Shown here one piece after another: positions 34,901-49,000 of a stretch of DNA of 60,000 nt. Each line of letters begins with the position of its first letter. The stretch's first letter is position 1. Below the pieces are notes generated by a model, which was not told the origin of the DNA, made no database searches, and was given only the letters and a program-made list of their open reading frames with translations. The translations under genes were made by a program, and so were the position numbers. The stretch comes from Lytechinus pictus (lineage: Eukaryota), in the NCBI RefSeq assembly GCF_037042905.1, contig NC_087246.1, forward strand, positions 9,860,001-9,920,000, given 5' to 3'.

Positions 34901-36995
34901 TATTAGGGGAATGAAGTTTTCAACACCTATGGACAAACAGCCAATTGGCAGCTTCTTCACATGTATGGCTTTGCTGAGCAGTACCCAGAGAATGTCTATG
35001 ATACGGTCAGTCTATCTGAAGTTTCTTATACTTCTTTCTAGTAACATTACAGCATGTGTGTATTAAAACTTTTATCATTTGTCTATCAGTATTGTAGTAA
35101 TTTCAAAGTCATTAACTGTTTTTCTTTGAAGTTTGACCAAAGGATTTTTTCTTTTCTCGTATTTTTGTATTACTACAATAAAAGAGAAGGCTAAGTCACA
35201 AATTGCTTAATTTATTTTTCTGTAACAACACAAGACCTCCTTTAAGATGAACATCTAGATCTAGATAGCAACATTCTCCCTGATTTTAAGATCCGATGCA
35301 GTTGAAGTACTATGTTAAAATTACGTGACCAGAGTTTTAAACCAAGTTGAATGTGCCAGGGACTTTTCATACTTCACTAGGTCCCTTGAAGAGATTTAGA
35401 GTCATTACTCCTCTGGTTGGTAACTGGCACCTATGCTCTCCTTATAGCAGCCAGATGGAACCAACCAATGAGTCATTTCTATTGTGTTTCCCATACATCT
35501 TAGGTGGATATTCCGCACAGATATCTGCTAGAAGAAGCTCAATCACATGAAGCATTCAGTGCCACTCTGGACAAGAGATGGGAGTTCTTGAAAGGAGTGG
35601 AAGCGGTGTCTGACGATGGAGCATTTGTGGTTAGCGTGGATGGAGTTTTGACAGATGAAGAAATATTTCTGGCACTTACGGTAAGTCTCTACAACTTTCC
35701 TTTGTACCACATTGACTCTAAAATTCTGAAATCCATCTTGTATATACATGTATTAATTTTTGTCATGTTCTCATTGCGCTTGAGTTGCTTCTTCAAAGGC
35801 ATAAAATTGTCTTACTTTATTCTATATATTACATAACAAACTTGTTTTGGACTCCAGTTAAAACAATACTGACAAGGACTAGGACTGAAATAAGTGAATT
35901 TTCTCTGAATACAAACAATCTTCTATCCTTCCCTTCTCTCTACCTTTCTCTCCATCTCCCCACCATTTTCCACTTCTTTATTCCTTATCTCTTATTTCTT
36001 GTGCAGATTCTAACCCTTGACCAGGATACTTTTGATAATCTTGGACCAGATGACTGTCCTAGTGCTGTCGATGATTCCTTTACAAATGGTAATAACAATT
36101 TCTCTTAGTTGTCTTTCATGTGAATGGATATGGATTTTTTTTAATATTTCTGACAAGTGCTTTACTATTTGTTATTTTGCATAATTTTGTGTAAATGAGG
36201 ATGTTGGCAATTTGTTTTTCTCCAAAATAAGTTGATCTACATTAATTGTATTAACATTTTATTTCCTGCAGATTTCTAACTTTGTGGTGTTCCCTTTGTT
36301 TTTAATTCAAATTTAAGGATTTTTTTTGTGAGAATAATAAAGTTTGAACCACAGGGTAAGAATTATCACAATATTAAGAAGTAATTTAGATTTGGAGAGT
36401 GAATAAGCTGGTCATTTCACCCTTTTTCCAGTTTTTCTCTTCATGTTAGAATTTTCTATTAATCAAAATTTGCCCCTTGAATATGGCGTAAAATAACATA
36501 TTCTAATCTGTTGAGTGAATGCTTCCTTTGCGATAGGCATAATACATAGATTATCCATGGGTGAGGCGATGGCCATTCAAATCCAAATAAAAATTAATTT
36601 TAATCAAATCAAAATCAATTTTTGTGTTAATTTTGATTGTTTATGAGCCTAAAATATGATTGTAATGGTTGATGAATCAGTCTTCTGGGTCAGCCATTGG
36701 GTTTTGAGAAATGGATGAATTTCCCACTGTATCCAGGTCATTACTTTATATTTGCGTTTCATTTGCAGCCGAGCTTTGTAATTTGCCAGAGACTTGGAGA
36801 AGACTACTAACAGGTGCTGCGAATCGAACCTTGAAAGCTTTCAATGATCATCATGCAAAGGATACTAGCTCAGAATTGCCAGAGCCAGAGGAGTTAGCCA
36901 AGCTGAGTACAAGAGCACGCTATTCTCTATTTGTTAGGATTGGACAGAGAAAGATCCTTGAAAGACTGGTAGATTTCTGTCGGATTACCTGGTGA
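28943..36995 (+). CDS. SETD6: N-lysine methyltransferase SETD6 (~464 aa)
   Basis: Nine exons: 28943-29089, 32554-32704, 33191-33338, 33874-34002, 34350-34584, 34907-35005, 35504-35680, 36007-36088, 36769-36995; 1395 nt in frame. Motifs [93 protein letters not shown] and the terminal [10 protein letters not shown] match the SETD6 family. Confidence 0.95.
29170..29296. mobile_element. 127-bp MITE with a 9-bp TSD
   Basis: Perfect 29-bp inverted repeat CCTCGAGCGAAGTTCGTGCAGGCTCCACT (29172-29200 / 29266-29294). GGGGCGGGC flanks both sides. A truncated relative lies at ~31931-31990. Confidence 0.85.
29370..30158. mobile_element. ~790-bp foldback element with central 38-bp tandem repeats
   Basis: Arms 29370-29767 and 29777-30158 are reverse complements with about a dozen differences. 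9-nt loop ACTTCCCCA. Confidence 0.9.
30271..30528. mobile_element. Palindromic MITE
   Basis: TCGAGGCACAAACT..CCCTCAAAAAAGG..TCGTTCGTTCTC / GAGAACGAACG..CCTTTTTTTGAGGG..AGTTTGTGCCTCGA (30322-30485), with degenerate outer arms. Confidence 0.7.
30847..31017. mobile_element. PIF/Harbinger-like palindromic MITE family B, copy 1
   Basis: GTGGGTGTTTCATAAAGCTGTTCGTAAGTTAAGAGCGACTTTAAGAACGACTGGTGATCCTTTCTT ... inverted arm ending GAAACGGCCCC. CGG/CAG flanks (CWG-type target). Confidence 0.85.
31408..31574. mobile_element. Harbinger-like MITE family B, copy 2, inserted into an older palindromic element
   Basis: Same sequence as copy 1. It splits TTTTGATATGGAC|TGAAG, whose inverted partner CTTCAGTCCATATCAAAA lies at ~31659-31676. 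Confidence 0.85.
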
Positions 36996-37969
36996 AGGAT
37001 AGGAGAGTCTGCTAAGGAGGTAAAGCAAAAAAACTGAAAAGCTTCATCCCAGAGGAATTCGCATAACCAAATCTAAGGGTATGCCATTTTCTATTAGGAT
37101 TGTGAGGAAAAGACTGGTTTTGGTTTTTGGAGGATTGCCTAGTTAGAATGGGGATAGATAAAACAATATATGAAAGACTAAGCTAAGTCTTAAGTGCACA
37201 GTATTCTCTGTTTATTAATATAGAACAGAGAAAGAACCTTGAAAGATTGCTTCATTTCTGTTAGAGTACTCAGTGAATGAAAGGAGAGATAGAGAAGGAA
37301 AAACATGCAAGAATCAAGGACATTACAAGGTTTCTTTGTCAAGCACTGGTGCTACTCTCATTCTACCATTGTAGGCTTTTGGCACTGACAAATTGTGATT
37401 ATCTTTCAGTTACCATAGCATTAGACCAACCCCAGTGCACTTTTATCAGATATGACATCTCGTCAAATTATAAATATATATTTCAGATTGAATGGTTTAT
37501 TTGCTCCTCTGCACATTTGGTTTTCTCCCCTTTCATCCTGAGAACCATTTGATCTATTAGCAGATCATTTGATCTATTACATATAGACTAAAGCCCTCTT
37601 TACAATGGCATCTCTTAACCCCAGACTTTCCTTGGTACATTATTTCTAATGGAAATAATGACCTTTTTCATCTTATTCCATCTGCAAACAAGAAGAGTAT
37701 GCACAATACAGTGTGCCTGACTATTTTCCCATCATCATTTCATTGGCTTGCTTGGTTCCACGACTGTGACGTAAGCTCTGCTTTTTTTGCAGGGCTTGTT
37801 GGTATGGGACTTTCTGTGGGATGAACAGGAAGCAGATCAAGGATGGTTATCTACATATGTTGGGGCTAAGGTCTCTCTTACCCTCTCTGGTGGTATAGGA
37901 ATAAGTAACAATTCACTCTGTGAAAAATGTAACAATATGTAAAAATACCATGTGTACATATCAGACCAG

Positions 37970-38136
37970 GGGGCCGTTTCATAAAGCTGTTCGTAAGTTA
38001 AGAGCGACTTTGAGAACGACTGGTGATCCTTACGCGCTTAACCATCGCCAATGAATATATCATTTACCACAAGAAAGGATCACCAGTCGTTCTTAAAGTC
38101 GCTCTTAACTTACGAACAGCTTTATGAAACACCCAC
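37970..38136. mobile_element. Harbinger-like MITE family B, copy 3 (opposite orientation)
   Basis: CAG-GGGGCCGTTTCATAAAGCTG ... CAGCTTTATGAAACACCCAC-CTG. Confidence 0.85.
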
Positions 38137-40032
38137 CTGGGCAAGTTATTAGACCAAATGATTACTATATGACGTTTCTAAAAAGCTTAACTCATTTGCA
38201 ATGGCTGCCAATAAAAGAATAGATATGGTTCTGGGAAATTATATCTATGTATGGAAAGCTCAGACGCACCTTTTATTTTACCAAAATATTTTTATGTGAT
38301 AAACCTTAAATACTTAGCGAACTGATTGCAAATGATCATGAATTTAACATATCCCCCTCAATTTTATAAGCTCCAAAGGACTCGCCTCTCACAAGCTCTG
38401 ACAGATTGGGAGCCTAATTCCTCTGCAACCAAATTTTCAAACCCTTTACAAAGTGAGCTATGAATAATTTTATGGTATTTTGGTATGAAATGAAAGTTGA
38501 GCCTATGAGCATTCCATAAATAAAATATTTTTCCCATTCATAAATACTTTTTCTTTGACAGCCATTTCAAATGTGTCATTTTTTTGACAGGTAGAAAATA
38601 AGGCTCATGTAATTTACCATATGTGGTAAATGGGCCACCAAATGATTAAATAATTAGATCAGCTAATTGCCATTATTTTAAAGATCAAATTATATGATTA
38701 CAAGTTAGTCTACTTGCCTTTTGGAATCCCATCTTAGACTACTTAGTCTATAATTGAAAATTCAGTGAAGCAAAATAAGTATTTTTATTCTTATTAATCC
38801 ACTGTGTTAAGTATATTCATCTACCTCTTAAGACGGGATTTAAAGATGTAAATAACTCGAGCAGAATGAGAGAGAAGTATCACGCTGATCGACTGTGACA
38901 TTTTGTCGAAAGTGACATTTTTTTCATTTACAATAAAAGAAAACATCTCACAAGAAATTAAGAATTCATATTTGTCTTTAATATCATTTCCATGAAAAAT
39001 AAGAATGTGTATATCAATTATCATATAGGTAAATTCATCTTCGGCTCTTGGTAGCCCCGAACCGTAATTTTTTTTGTTGGTACAAAAGATATTAAAAAGA
39101 CACCAAGTGTAAATTGACTAATGCATTTCCAAATAATGATTACTGTTTTTAAAGACTACAGTAAGAGTTCACAGTTGAATCCCCACAGTACTAATTGTAT
39201 TGGTGAATTACTCAATGAATCTGAGAACCAGCAGAACGTACTGAGCATGATTAGTTCACATCTTCTTCAGATCCTTCTATTACATCATCTGTGTGTCTGC
39301 ATGAATAAGGTTATAATAAAGTGTTTGAATGCTTATTTGCGAGTGCATTGTGTATGTGTATGTGAGTCCTCTGCCAAAAGGGATATCATTGCAAAGAGAA
39401 ATGGGGCAAGATATTGGGAATCTGCCAAACTTTCTTGTGGATCTGCATTCTCAATGGAGAATAATCTTTGTGATATTCGAAAAAATAGGAGACAGTGGGA
39501 AGTTTGACAAAGAATATTCAGTCAATTCTCTGCTATATTTGGGGTGAGAAGAGAACTCAAACTCATTAAACTTTTACTAGCAATAAGTGACTGATGCAAA
39601 ATATGATTGCTGCAGAGCTTAGAATGGTGTAAATTTTTGCTATCTTCCTGATACTCCACAGTACAATAACAAAGAAACTAAAATATTGGCATTATTTGCA
39701 AATTTGTCCTAGAAGTCAGCTTTAATGAAGAAGTTCCCGGTTGATTTAGCATTTGCCCAGCTGATACAGGTTTGAGGATTTCACTTCTTCAACATTAAAG
39801 AAACTCCTTTATACAAGGTCAGGTGACATTTTCTATAAATTACTCAAGGATGACAACTTGGAATCTTTTAAGAGCTTTACACCTGAAGTAAATAACATTA
39901 CTTGATGATCATGTCTCTTTCTGGTCCAAGTCATGTTTGTCTGTTGGCCCTTTCTCAAGGCAGACAGAGTTCACTGTTCAGGCACTGAGCTCAATTTGCT
40001 AAGGATTGGTGAACAAGATCCAAGTCTAGACT

Positions 40033-43000
40033 TCATGTTACCGGAACCATGTTGGTCTCATTTTGGAAGACAAACGTGATCTTATCCTTGGCTTCCAACA
40101 GGTATTCATCCTAAACATGTAAAAAAATAATACGGGAATTCATAAATTATAGATCTCAATCACCTTGCCATGAAAGAAACAAGTTGTAATGATTATTAAA
40201 TACATAAGGTAACATTGCAAAAGTCTTGTTTAAAAAATCCCAAAACTCTGTGTTGTAAATAAAAAGGAGACATTCAGGAAGAAAAACATCTCAACTTCAT
40301 GAAGACACTTTCAAGATACCTGTGACTGAAAAATCATCATTCAACTTATCTCCTAGGAAGTCTAACTCATGTAATATATGGGGAAAAAAATGAGATGGCC
40401 ATTCTGGCCACTATATTTTTCACCTGTTTAAAGCAAAAAAAAATCTCTGGGCCTCATTCTACATTATATTCCACATATGAATATTGCTGTGCAATTAAAA
40501 AAAATTTAGTCTTTCCCCAGCGTTGCTATAGAAAAATGAAATTTGAATTGCCTTGGGGAAAAGATAGATTTTCCCCATTACCTTTACCCAACAGTCATTA
40601 ATTAATTAAACAAGTGGAATGCCTCTGGCCGTCTCACCTGCATCACGCGATTCAATATAGCAGCAGTGCTGATTTTGAAAACTACTATAACTCGCACAAG
40701 ATGTTCAGTGATACTTGGTTACTCTTATTTCCACGTTTTATGAACTAGACCAATACACTTATAGAGATATGATGGCAATTCAACAAATACCCCCAACGTG
40801 TCCAAAGTTCTTTGACCTTACATGACCTTTGACCTTGATCATGTGACCTGAAACTCGCACAGGATGTTCAGTGATACTTGATTACTATTATGTCCAAGTT
40901 TTATGAACTTGACCAACACACTTTCAAATTTATGGCTGTAATTCAACAAATACCCCAATTTGGCCAAAGTTCATTGACCCTAAATGACCTTTGACCTTGA
41001 TCATGTGACCTGAAACTTACACAGGATGTTCAGTAATACTTGATTACTATTATGTCCAAGTTTCATGAATCAGATCCATAAACTTTCAAAGTTATGATGG
41101 TAATTCAACAGATACCCCCAATTCGGCCAAAGTTCATTGACCCTAAATGACCTTTGACCTTGGTCATGTGATGTGAAACTCATGCAGGATGTTCAGTGAT
41201 ACTTGATTAACCTTATGTATAAGTTTCATGAACTAGGTCCATATATTTTCTAAGTTATGATGACATTTCAAAAACTTAACCTTAGGTTAAGATTTTGATG
41301 TTGATTCCCCCAACATGGTCAAAGTTCATTGACCCTAAATGACCTTTGACCTTGGTCATGTGACATGAAACTCAGGCAGGATGTTCAGTAATACTTGATT
41401 AACCTTATGGCCAAGTTTCATGAACTAGGTCCATATACTTTCTAAGTTATGCTGTCATTTCAAAAACTTAACCTCAGGTTAAGATTTGGTGTTGACGCCG
41501 CCGCCGCCGTCGGAAAAGCGGCGCCTATAGTCTCACTCTGCTATGCAGGTGAGACAAAAATGCAATGAATTCATTACAAAAAATATATCACCTGAAAATC
41601 TTGCGGGAGTGGCGCAGGAAAGTGTTGCCATTCATTCAAGTCACCCATTGACAAGTTTTTCTGCAAGATACAATCAAAGTTTGAAATACATGTTCAACTT
41701 CAAAATTTATGAATGCAAAGGAATATTATGATGGTAATGATAATGATGAGCAGATGATGATGATGATGATGTGAATAAAACAGATGATGATGATGAATAT
41801 AGAGAATATCATTATGGCAATAATGAAGAAAATGAAGATAGTAGTAGATAATATTAAAGCAAATAAAGAATCACAATCTAAGAGTAGTGACTTTGCAATA
41901 CTTTACCTTCGATGCTACTGGCTGTGGTCTTCCAAGCTGGCAGGGTCTTTGTCGCTCTTTCTGAACATCTCCAGCTACTTTCACACTTGAGGAAGGTTCA
42001 TTAGGATTGGAACAGTCACAGCCCAACATGTCATGTGTAATGCATGAGCTACCTTCATGCAGTGTGAACAGGTCCTGTGATTCAACATAGCAATAATGAA
42101 AATAGCATATCAATGAGAAATTAAATAAAATGGGGTTACATAAAGCTGAGTACGTGAATTCAGGATAATAAAAAACAAATTGGGGTAGGTAAGTCATATT
42201 AGATTACTAACTAATTAACAAATGATTGGTTGGTTTACCCAAGAAGCTCACATAAGTTACAAGGAGTCCCCTGCAAGTTAAGGTGTAGGAGGAATAAACA
42301 AAAAAAAAAGGAAAAAAAAGTACCCAAAACAGACAATTTGAAAAAGAAGAAGGGGGGATCACATAGATTTTGGTCTGACTAAGTCTTAAAGTCTTGCTAA
42401 AGTGTCAATGCATATATGACATTTAATGTGCAATCTCATTACATGGGACGGAACATCCCTTTAAGCGTGATCTGACCATTGTTGTGATTCATTACATAAC
42501 GTGGAATTTGTAATTTCAGTACGATTTCTACTCCTGCTTAAATCTTTGTGAAACATCCACCTGGGCCCCATCTTGCAAAGAGTTTACTTACTCTGAGGTC
42601 TTCAAGGGAGAACTTGACAGAGCCTCCTTGTCCTTTAGCATCTACCACAGCTCCACTAAGACTCTGCTTGCTAATCTGACGTTGATAGATCTTTTCTTCA
42701 ATAGTACCCTACAAGAGTAAAATAGGTTTAAGTTAATGTCACTTTACTCCACCATATTATCCCTACATATGCAATCGTACTCTGACCACAAAACACTTTT
42801 CCTCCTAAACATAATGACATTCCAATGTTCTGGTATCCCTATGGGTCAACACCTTAATATCCTGAGCCCAAGGAATACAACACACCTTTACATCAAAACC
42901 CCGTAACATGACACTAAAGTTGGCATTTTGGAATGTTTATTTTCTGATACCACACAGTTTAAACTGAACTTCTTGACACCCTTAGGTTTCAACAACACTG

Positions 43001-46000
43001 GGATCTTGGTGTTCTTGTGTATGAATCTGACACACCCATTTTTCAGCACCCTATTGTCCTGCCATCCCCTAGCCTTTACAAAGGCAACCTGAAGATGCAA
43101 TGTGGGAGCTACATGAGATAGAAATTCAAAGCCACTTACAGCTGTAATCAGTCGATAGATGTGAACAGTCTTCTTTTGCCCATCTCGCCAAACCCTAGCC
43201 ATCGCCTGATAGTAAAAGATGTTGGAAAGATTTATTATAGTTTTTCATTAAGCAACCATATCAGTAACAGTAATACAAAAACTATAACAAAATTATGCTT
43301 GATTCAAGAATGCATTAATGTACATCCAACAGAGGTAAATCAACAATAGTTAACAAGTGAACTGTGCATACTATTATCAATCAATCAATTTACTTGCGCT
43401 CTATGTACCATAAAAGCTGGTGCTGATTCTGGACTTCGTAGACTTGGAGGGAAAAAGAATGAAGGAAGGAATGGTATTCTACACCATCAAATCAGAAAAA
43501 AAGAGGGGGAATGATACATCAGTCATGCTCCTTAATCTTGTTTTGACAGTGCCTTTTGAAAATATCTACATAGCATTACATCACATAAAGCTTTATCTAA
43601 CTGACATGGCCTTCGAGAATATACACACAGCATTAAAGCTAGGGCAAAACCATTAAACCTGCAGACAAGATCAGACTTGTTAGATGGAGAAAGGGCCAGC
43701 TATATTAGCCTATCAGGTGTTCAGGTACAAGAATTGGGTTGTCCCGTACTGGTATAATGACAGAATTCAGTAGTCAACAGGATATCTATCTAGTGTTGTC
43801 TGAAGGTTTCACCATGCCCCACTGTCTACAATGTCATATACCTGAAGATCATTTGCAGGATTCCAGTCAATGTCATACAGAAGAAGCCTAGAAGCACCGA
43901 CCAGGTTCAGACCAACTCCTCCAGCTTTAGAGCTTAGCAGGAAGATAGCTAAGATAAGAGCAATAATATGAAAGAATTCATCATTTAAGGTACCTTAGCA
44001 AATGTATGGATGAATTTTACAGTTACTGGAGCCCAAAGGCCCTAACCACACCACATTTAGAGCTTAGAAGAAATATACATACCTGGGATAAGAAGAGAAA
44101 TATAAACATAATCATCATGTTAATGTACCTTAGAAAATGTATGGATGAATATTTTTGCTGCCACTTTTAGCAAAAATTACACTCTATATATTTTCTCTTC
44201 TTTTCCTCTACTCTGTACATAGACAAAACAACAAGGAAATATGTGCAATACTACAAAAAGTGCAGAAAATGGAACCAAATGTTTATAAAGTACCTAATAG
44301 CAGTACAATTAAAGGAAGGAGAGGCACCCATCTGGTTCAAATTAACCACTGATAATTTGGATAGCAAGAAATAAGATGCAATATCAGGATGAAACTCATT
44401 GCTCTAAAGCATAATCTGATTCATGACAATATATTGACAAATTATTTCTTAAAAAAAAAATAGATTCAATGCAGAGAAAGTGTTGTCATATCTATGCAGT
44501 GGGGAAAAAGTAATTATGATATCAAATAAAATGTATACTCAAATGAATTACAGTATGTCTCAAGTAAGACTTACTTTCTTTGGCATAGCTGCTGTTGAAG
44601 TGCTCTACTATTGATTGTCGTTTAGCAGTTGGTGTAGAACCATCCAACCTGCAGAACTGATAACCCTCAAGATTACACAATGCTTGGAGTATATCAAGTG
44701 TCTGAAAAACACAGAGAAGCACTTATGATCATAAGATCATTATAAAAAAGACATTTACAGGGTAGAAGTTTTAAAAGAACAACCCATTAAGACTCAAGAA
44801 ACATTCTTCACAAGACATGATCACAATTTTTAGTATGTCATACCTGAAGCAACCATTGATTCCATCAACTTCTCATTCTATCCCAGAATGAGAAGGGTCT
44901 GGAACAACCTACCTTAAGAAGCAGACAATACTAAAGGATTGTCCAATGTAAACGAGACTTCTGTCCCTGCCATTAGGGTGATACAGCCAATTGTAGGTTC
45001 CCCTTGTGAATGGATTGGTTTTTACTTGCACTTTGCATTGCACATTTTGACTGGATATTAAACTAGCTCTAATCTCTACCCATAATGATTGTTGTACTTT
45101 AAGACACTCCTTTTAGTGGCTCACTCCATCAACTACATATATTAAGTATAACAAAGACTTTCTGCTCCTAAATCATTGTAAGTAAGACATGACTGCCATA
45201 ACAAGTAGTATTCTAAGGAATTGATCCCTGCCTCGTACCATTCAATCTCATCTCAGATATAAATTCTGCAGATTATCAACTATTTACAGAGCAATGATTG
45301 AAGTACAGGTAAGTACTCAGATAAAATAGTACAGTTCCAAGAACTCATCTCCCTTGATTTTTCTAGAACATTTTGCGATTGTACGACATTATCAAACTCA
45401 TTGACATTCAATGTAAGAAAAACATTTGTTGTTATGGGTAAAAACTTGCTCAGAGTACTATGGCCCATGATGAAAATGTAACAGACAAAGTTAGAAATAA
45501 GCCAGCTTTACCTGAGTGTAATTTGAAACAAGAACAAGTCTTTCCCTCCTGGTTGGATCAGCATGCATAGCTCTAAGCATATCAGATAGTACACTCAGCT
45601 TTCCACAATGGGCTAGCAATGGAGTGCCTTCTGAGTATTCGGCTGGGTAGATGGGCAGTAGACCCTTGTAAAGAGACTCCCAAAGAAAATAATACAGAAA
45701 GAGTTCTAAAGCATATCAGATTCAACACTGTCAGCAGACTAATTTAATGCTACTTCTAAATAAAAATAATATTCCAACAAATGAGGAAAGTTGCTTAGGA
45801 TTTGGCATCAACCTGCTGAGCTCTAATCATCTTAGTGATCACAAACTGTTTAAAAAAAAAAAAAAATCTATTATGATAAATAATTTCCATAATGTTATGC
45901 TTTGGACAGTGAATGGTATTTAGATTAGTATGCTGGTCCAATGGGTACAAAATTGAATAAATATGAGAGGAATCCTTTATAATGAATCAAATATGATATA

Positions 46001-49000
46001 AACATGACAATATAGAAATCATACAATAACTCCTTTGACAGGTCTAAATTTAGCCACTGTAAAGACAGGTAATTTATTTTTTTTAACAACAACAGCAACA
46101 AAAGACACAATCGTGTCATTTTCTTTGGAAAAAAAGTTAATTCCTTATCAGTGGACAGAAGAAAACAATATAATCCATGTAATAACTTAATTTTCTAGGG
46201 ACAAGTTAAAATTATTTCTGCCCCCCCCCCCCAAAAAAAAAAAAGATTTACAAGGAGAAGAATGTAAGTAAAGAGAAGGAAAATGGACAGGGACCATGAC
46301 AGGTGACATACTGAACAATTGACATTGAAAGAGAAACATAAAATAGAGGCCAATATGATAGAGCTCTGAAAAAAAAAGAGCTAAATTCAAATTGACAACA
46401 AAAACCATTCTCACCTCCTCCTCATCATCATCTAGCAACCAGTTATCTCCTCTCATCTCCCCTCCATCATTTTCAGCCTTCTTACTGGCCTGGTAGAGCA
46501 GACTGGGATCATTGCAGAGTTTCTTGAGTGCTCCTATACAGACTAGATGAGGGGAGCCAGCTGATGCAGTGTACCCCCTAGATAGACAGGACCGGATGAG
46601 GGGTGAACGTAGAAGATGATGATAGAGTTGGAGCTGGAGGGAAGATGGCTGACAGAATACCACGGTCTCAACTGTGTATAGACAAGGATTCACAGTGAAT
46701 AAAGGGTGTACAATATTCAAACAACTGAAGGAGGCAGTACAGATCATGAGCGACATAAAAATGGTCTTTAGTACAAAGAACAAATAATTTAGAGCAATGA
46801 ATTTTTTGTAGATGCAAGTTAATTCACCTTAACACTAATAATCCCATCAAAATATTTGGGGTTTTTTCTCGCAAAATTACATTAAAAAAAAATGTTTATC
46901 TAATTTACCTTTTGGTGGGAGGTATTTGTTGTTAATCTCCTGTGTACGCCTTAGTACAAAAAGACTAGTCAACCTTGAAAGCTGAAAAGAAATATAAAAA
47001 AATCCCTGTTTGGTATTTCAAATGTGCCACTTTAGAAACTAAAGGCCTGTGTTAATGAGTGTATAGGGCATCAAGACTTCGCAGTCAGGAAGGTCCACTT
47101 GATACGCGCATACAGTTGAAGTGCTTGCACGGTATAGTAGGCATGTCAACAAAACCATGAATCGATACAATACAATCACAGAGTAATACCCAAATACAGA
47201 CAAAATGACAAATACATCATAAGAATATATTCATCCAATGAAAAAGCAAAATATAAATCAGATTTATGTTTTCCACCACATTAATTATTGTTTGCATAAA
47301 TGTTTCACTCCAATATATACTTAGAAAATGTTTAATCTTCAGTTAATTGGAGTCAATGTTGTCACTTAATTAACCATTCTGCTAATTCACATGGTTTTAG
47401 GCAAGCCAATAATGTGACCCCCAAATCTTCTCGGAGAACTTATATTGTAGATCAGAATGAAAAAATATCAACTCTTCAATCTCCCCAAAAAACATCTCTG
47501 AGAGGGAGGTAGTCACAAAATCTGAGCAAAGTGGGCCTTTCTAATAGCAAAATTGCAAAGTGTTAATGCCCTCTACGTTCGTTTACCTAGCTGTCATTGT
47601 ACCTGTTTAATCTGATTGTGAATTTAAAGATAAGAAACACAGGTAATTAACGTCTAGGGGGCTGCTATTATAGATAGTTTCCATGCATCATATCAACTGT
47701 GTTTGAACGACTTAAGTGCATAAAGATTATCAACTAATGATTGGTAAAGTATACCTCAGTAGCTCTAGCAGCTCCTAGTTTCTTCTCATCTTTAGTGGCA
47801 CTGGGTTGATTGGATCTCAAGATAGGTTCCTCATACACACGATGAAATGATCCACTTGTACCTTTACAACAAAAAATCAAGCAAATTAACAAAAATGAAA
47901 ACACACTGATATATACATTTATATAAAATGGAATATTTGAAAATATACATGCAGCTGATTGGCTGACCACTGTGTGGTGCAATGGGCAATGAGTGAAATA
48001 AGCATAATGGAGGGAGTGGGCGGTGGGTGGCAATATGTAGCCTTTAAAGGTCAAGTCCACCCCAGGAAAAATGCTGACTTGAATAAATAGAGAAAAATCA
48101 AACTAGCATAGTGCTGAAAATTTTATCAAAATCGGATGTAAAATAAGAAAGTTATGACATTTTAAAGTTTCGCTTATTTTTTACAAAACAGTGATATGCA
48201 CAACTAGGTGACTCAGTCGATGATGTCCATCTCTCACTATTTCTTTTGTTTTTTATTGTTTGAATTATACAATATTTCATTTTTTATAGATTTGACATAA
48301 AGGACCAACTTGACTGAGCCATATAGTATTAAACAATGCTAATTCCACATGTTCAGGGAGGAATTAGTCGTTGTATCACGTGACAATGAGGAGAACATTT
48401 GAATATTTCACATTTCATATAGTAAAATACAAAAGAAATAGTGAGTGGATGACGTCATGGTCTCCTCATTTGCATACCAGCCAGGATGTGCATATAACTG
48501 TTTTGTGAAATTAAGCGAAACTTTAAAATGTCAACTTTCTTATTTTACATCCGATTTTGATGAAATTTTCAGTGTTATGCTTGTTGGATTTTTCTCTTTT
48601 TATTCAAATAAACTTTTTGTTGGGGTGGACTTGTCCTTTAATCGTTCAATGTTACATTATTGAAATATCTATGATGTGCATATTAAGACTAGCCCTATTC
48701 CCCAAAAGCTTATTTCAAGCAGATCATTAACATTCCCAAGGGTATAACAAGGGTATATGAGCAGACTCTATGTCCATGTAACAAGCAGCTGAATACGATT
48801 CAATCAAGAGAGGCATGAGGTCAATACTTGAGTGATCCTTCACAGCTTTGCCATCAGGTATGCATCCAGGTGCTGTATTGACTTTCTAAGTTTTATTTTG
48901 TTCATCTCTGGGTCTACAGGTATATTATACTTGCCAGACATACCAATGATGTGTAAATATGTATTTTAAAAAAAGAGAAGAATTTAGGCTATCACTTTTA

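Noticed and set aside
39121..39547. 128-aa and 72-aa ORFs between SETD6 and RAD54B
   Set aside because: No motifs or exon structure; most likely UTR or intergenic sequence.
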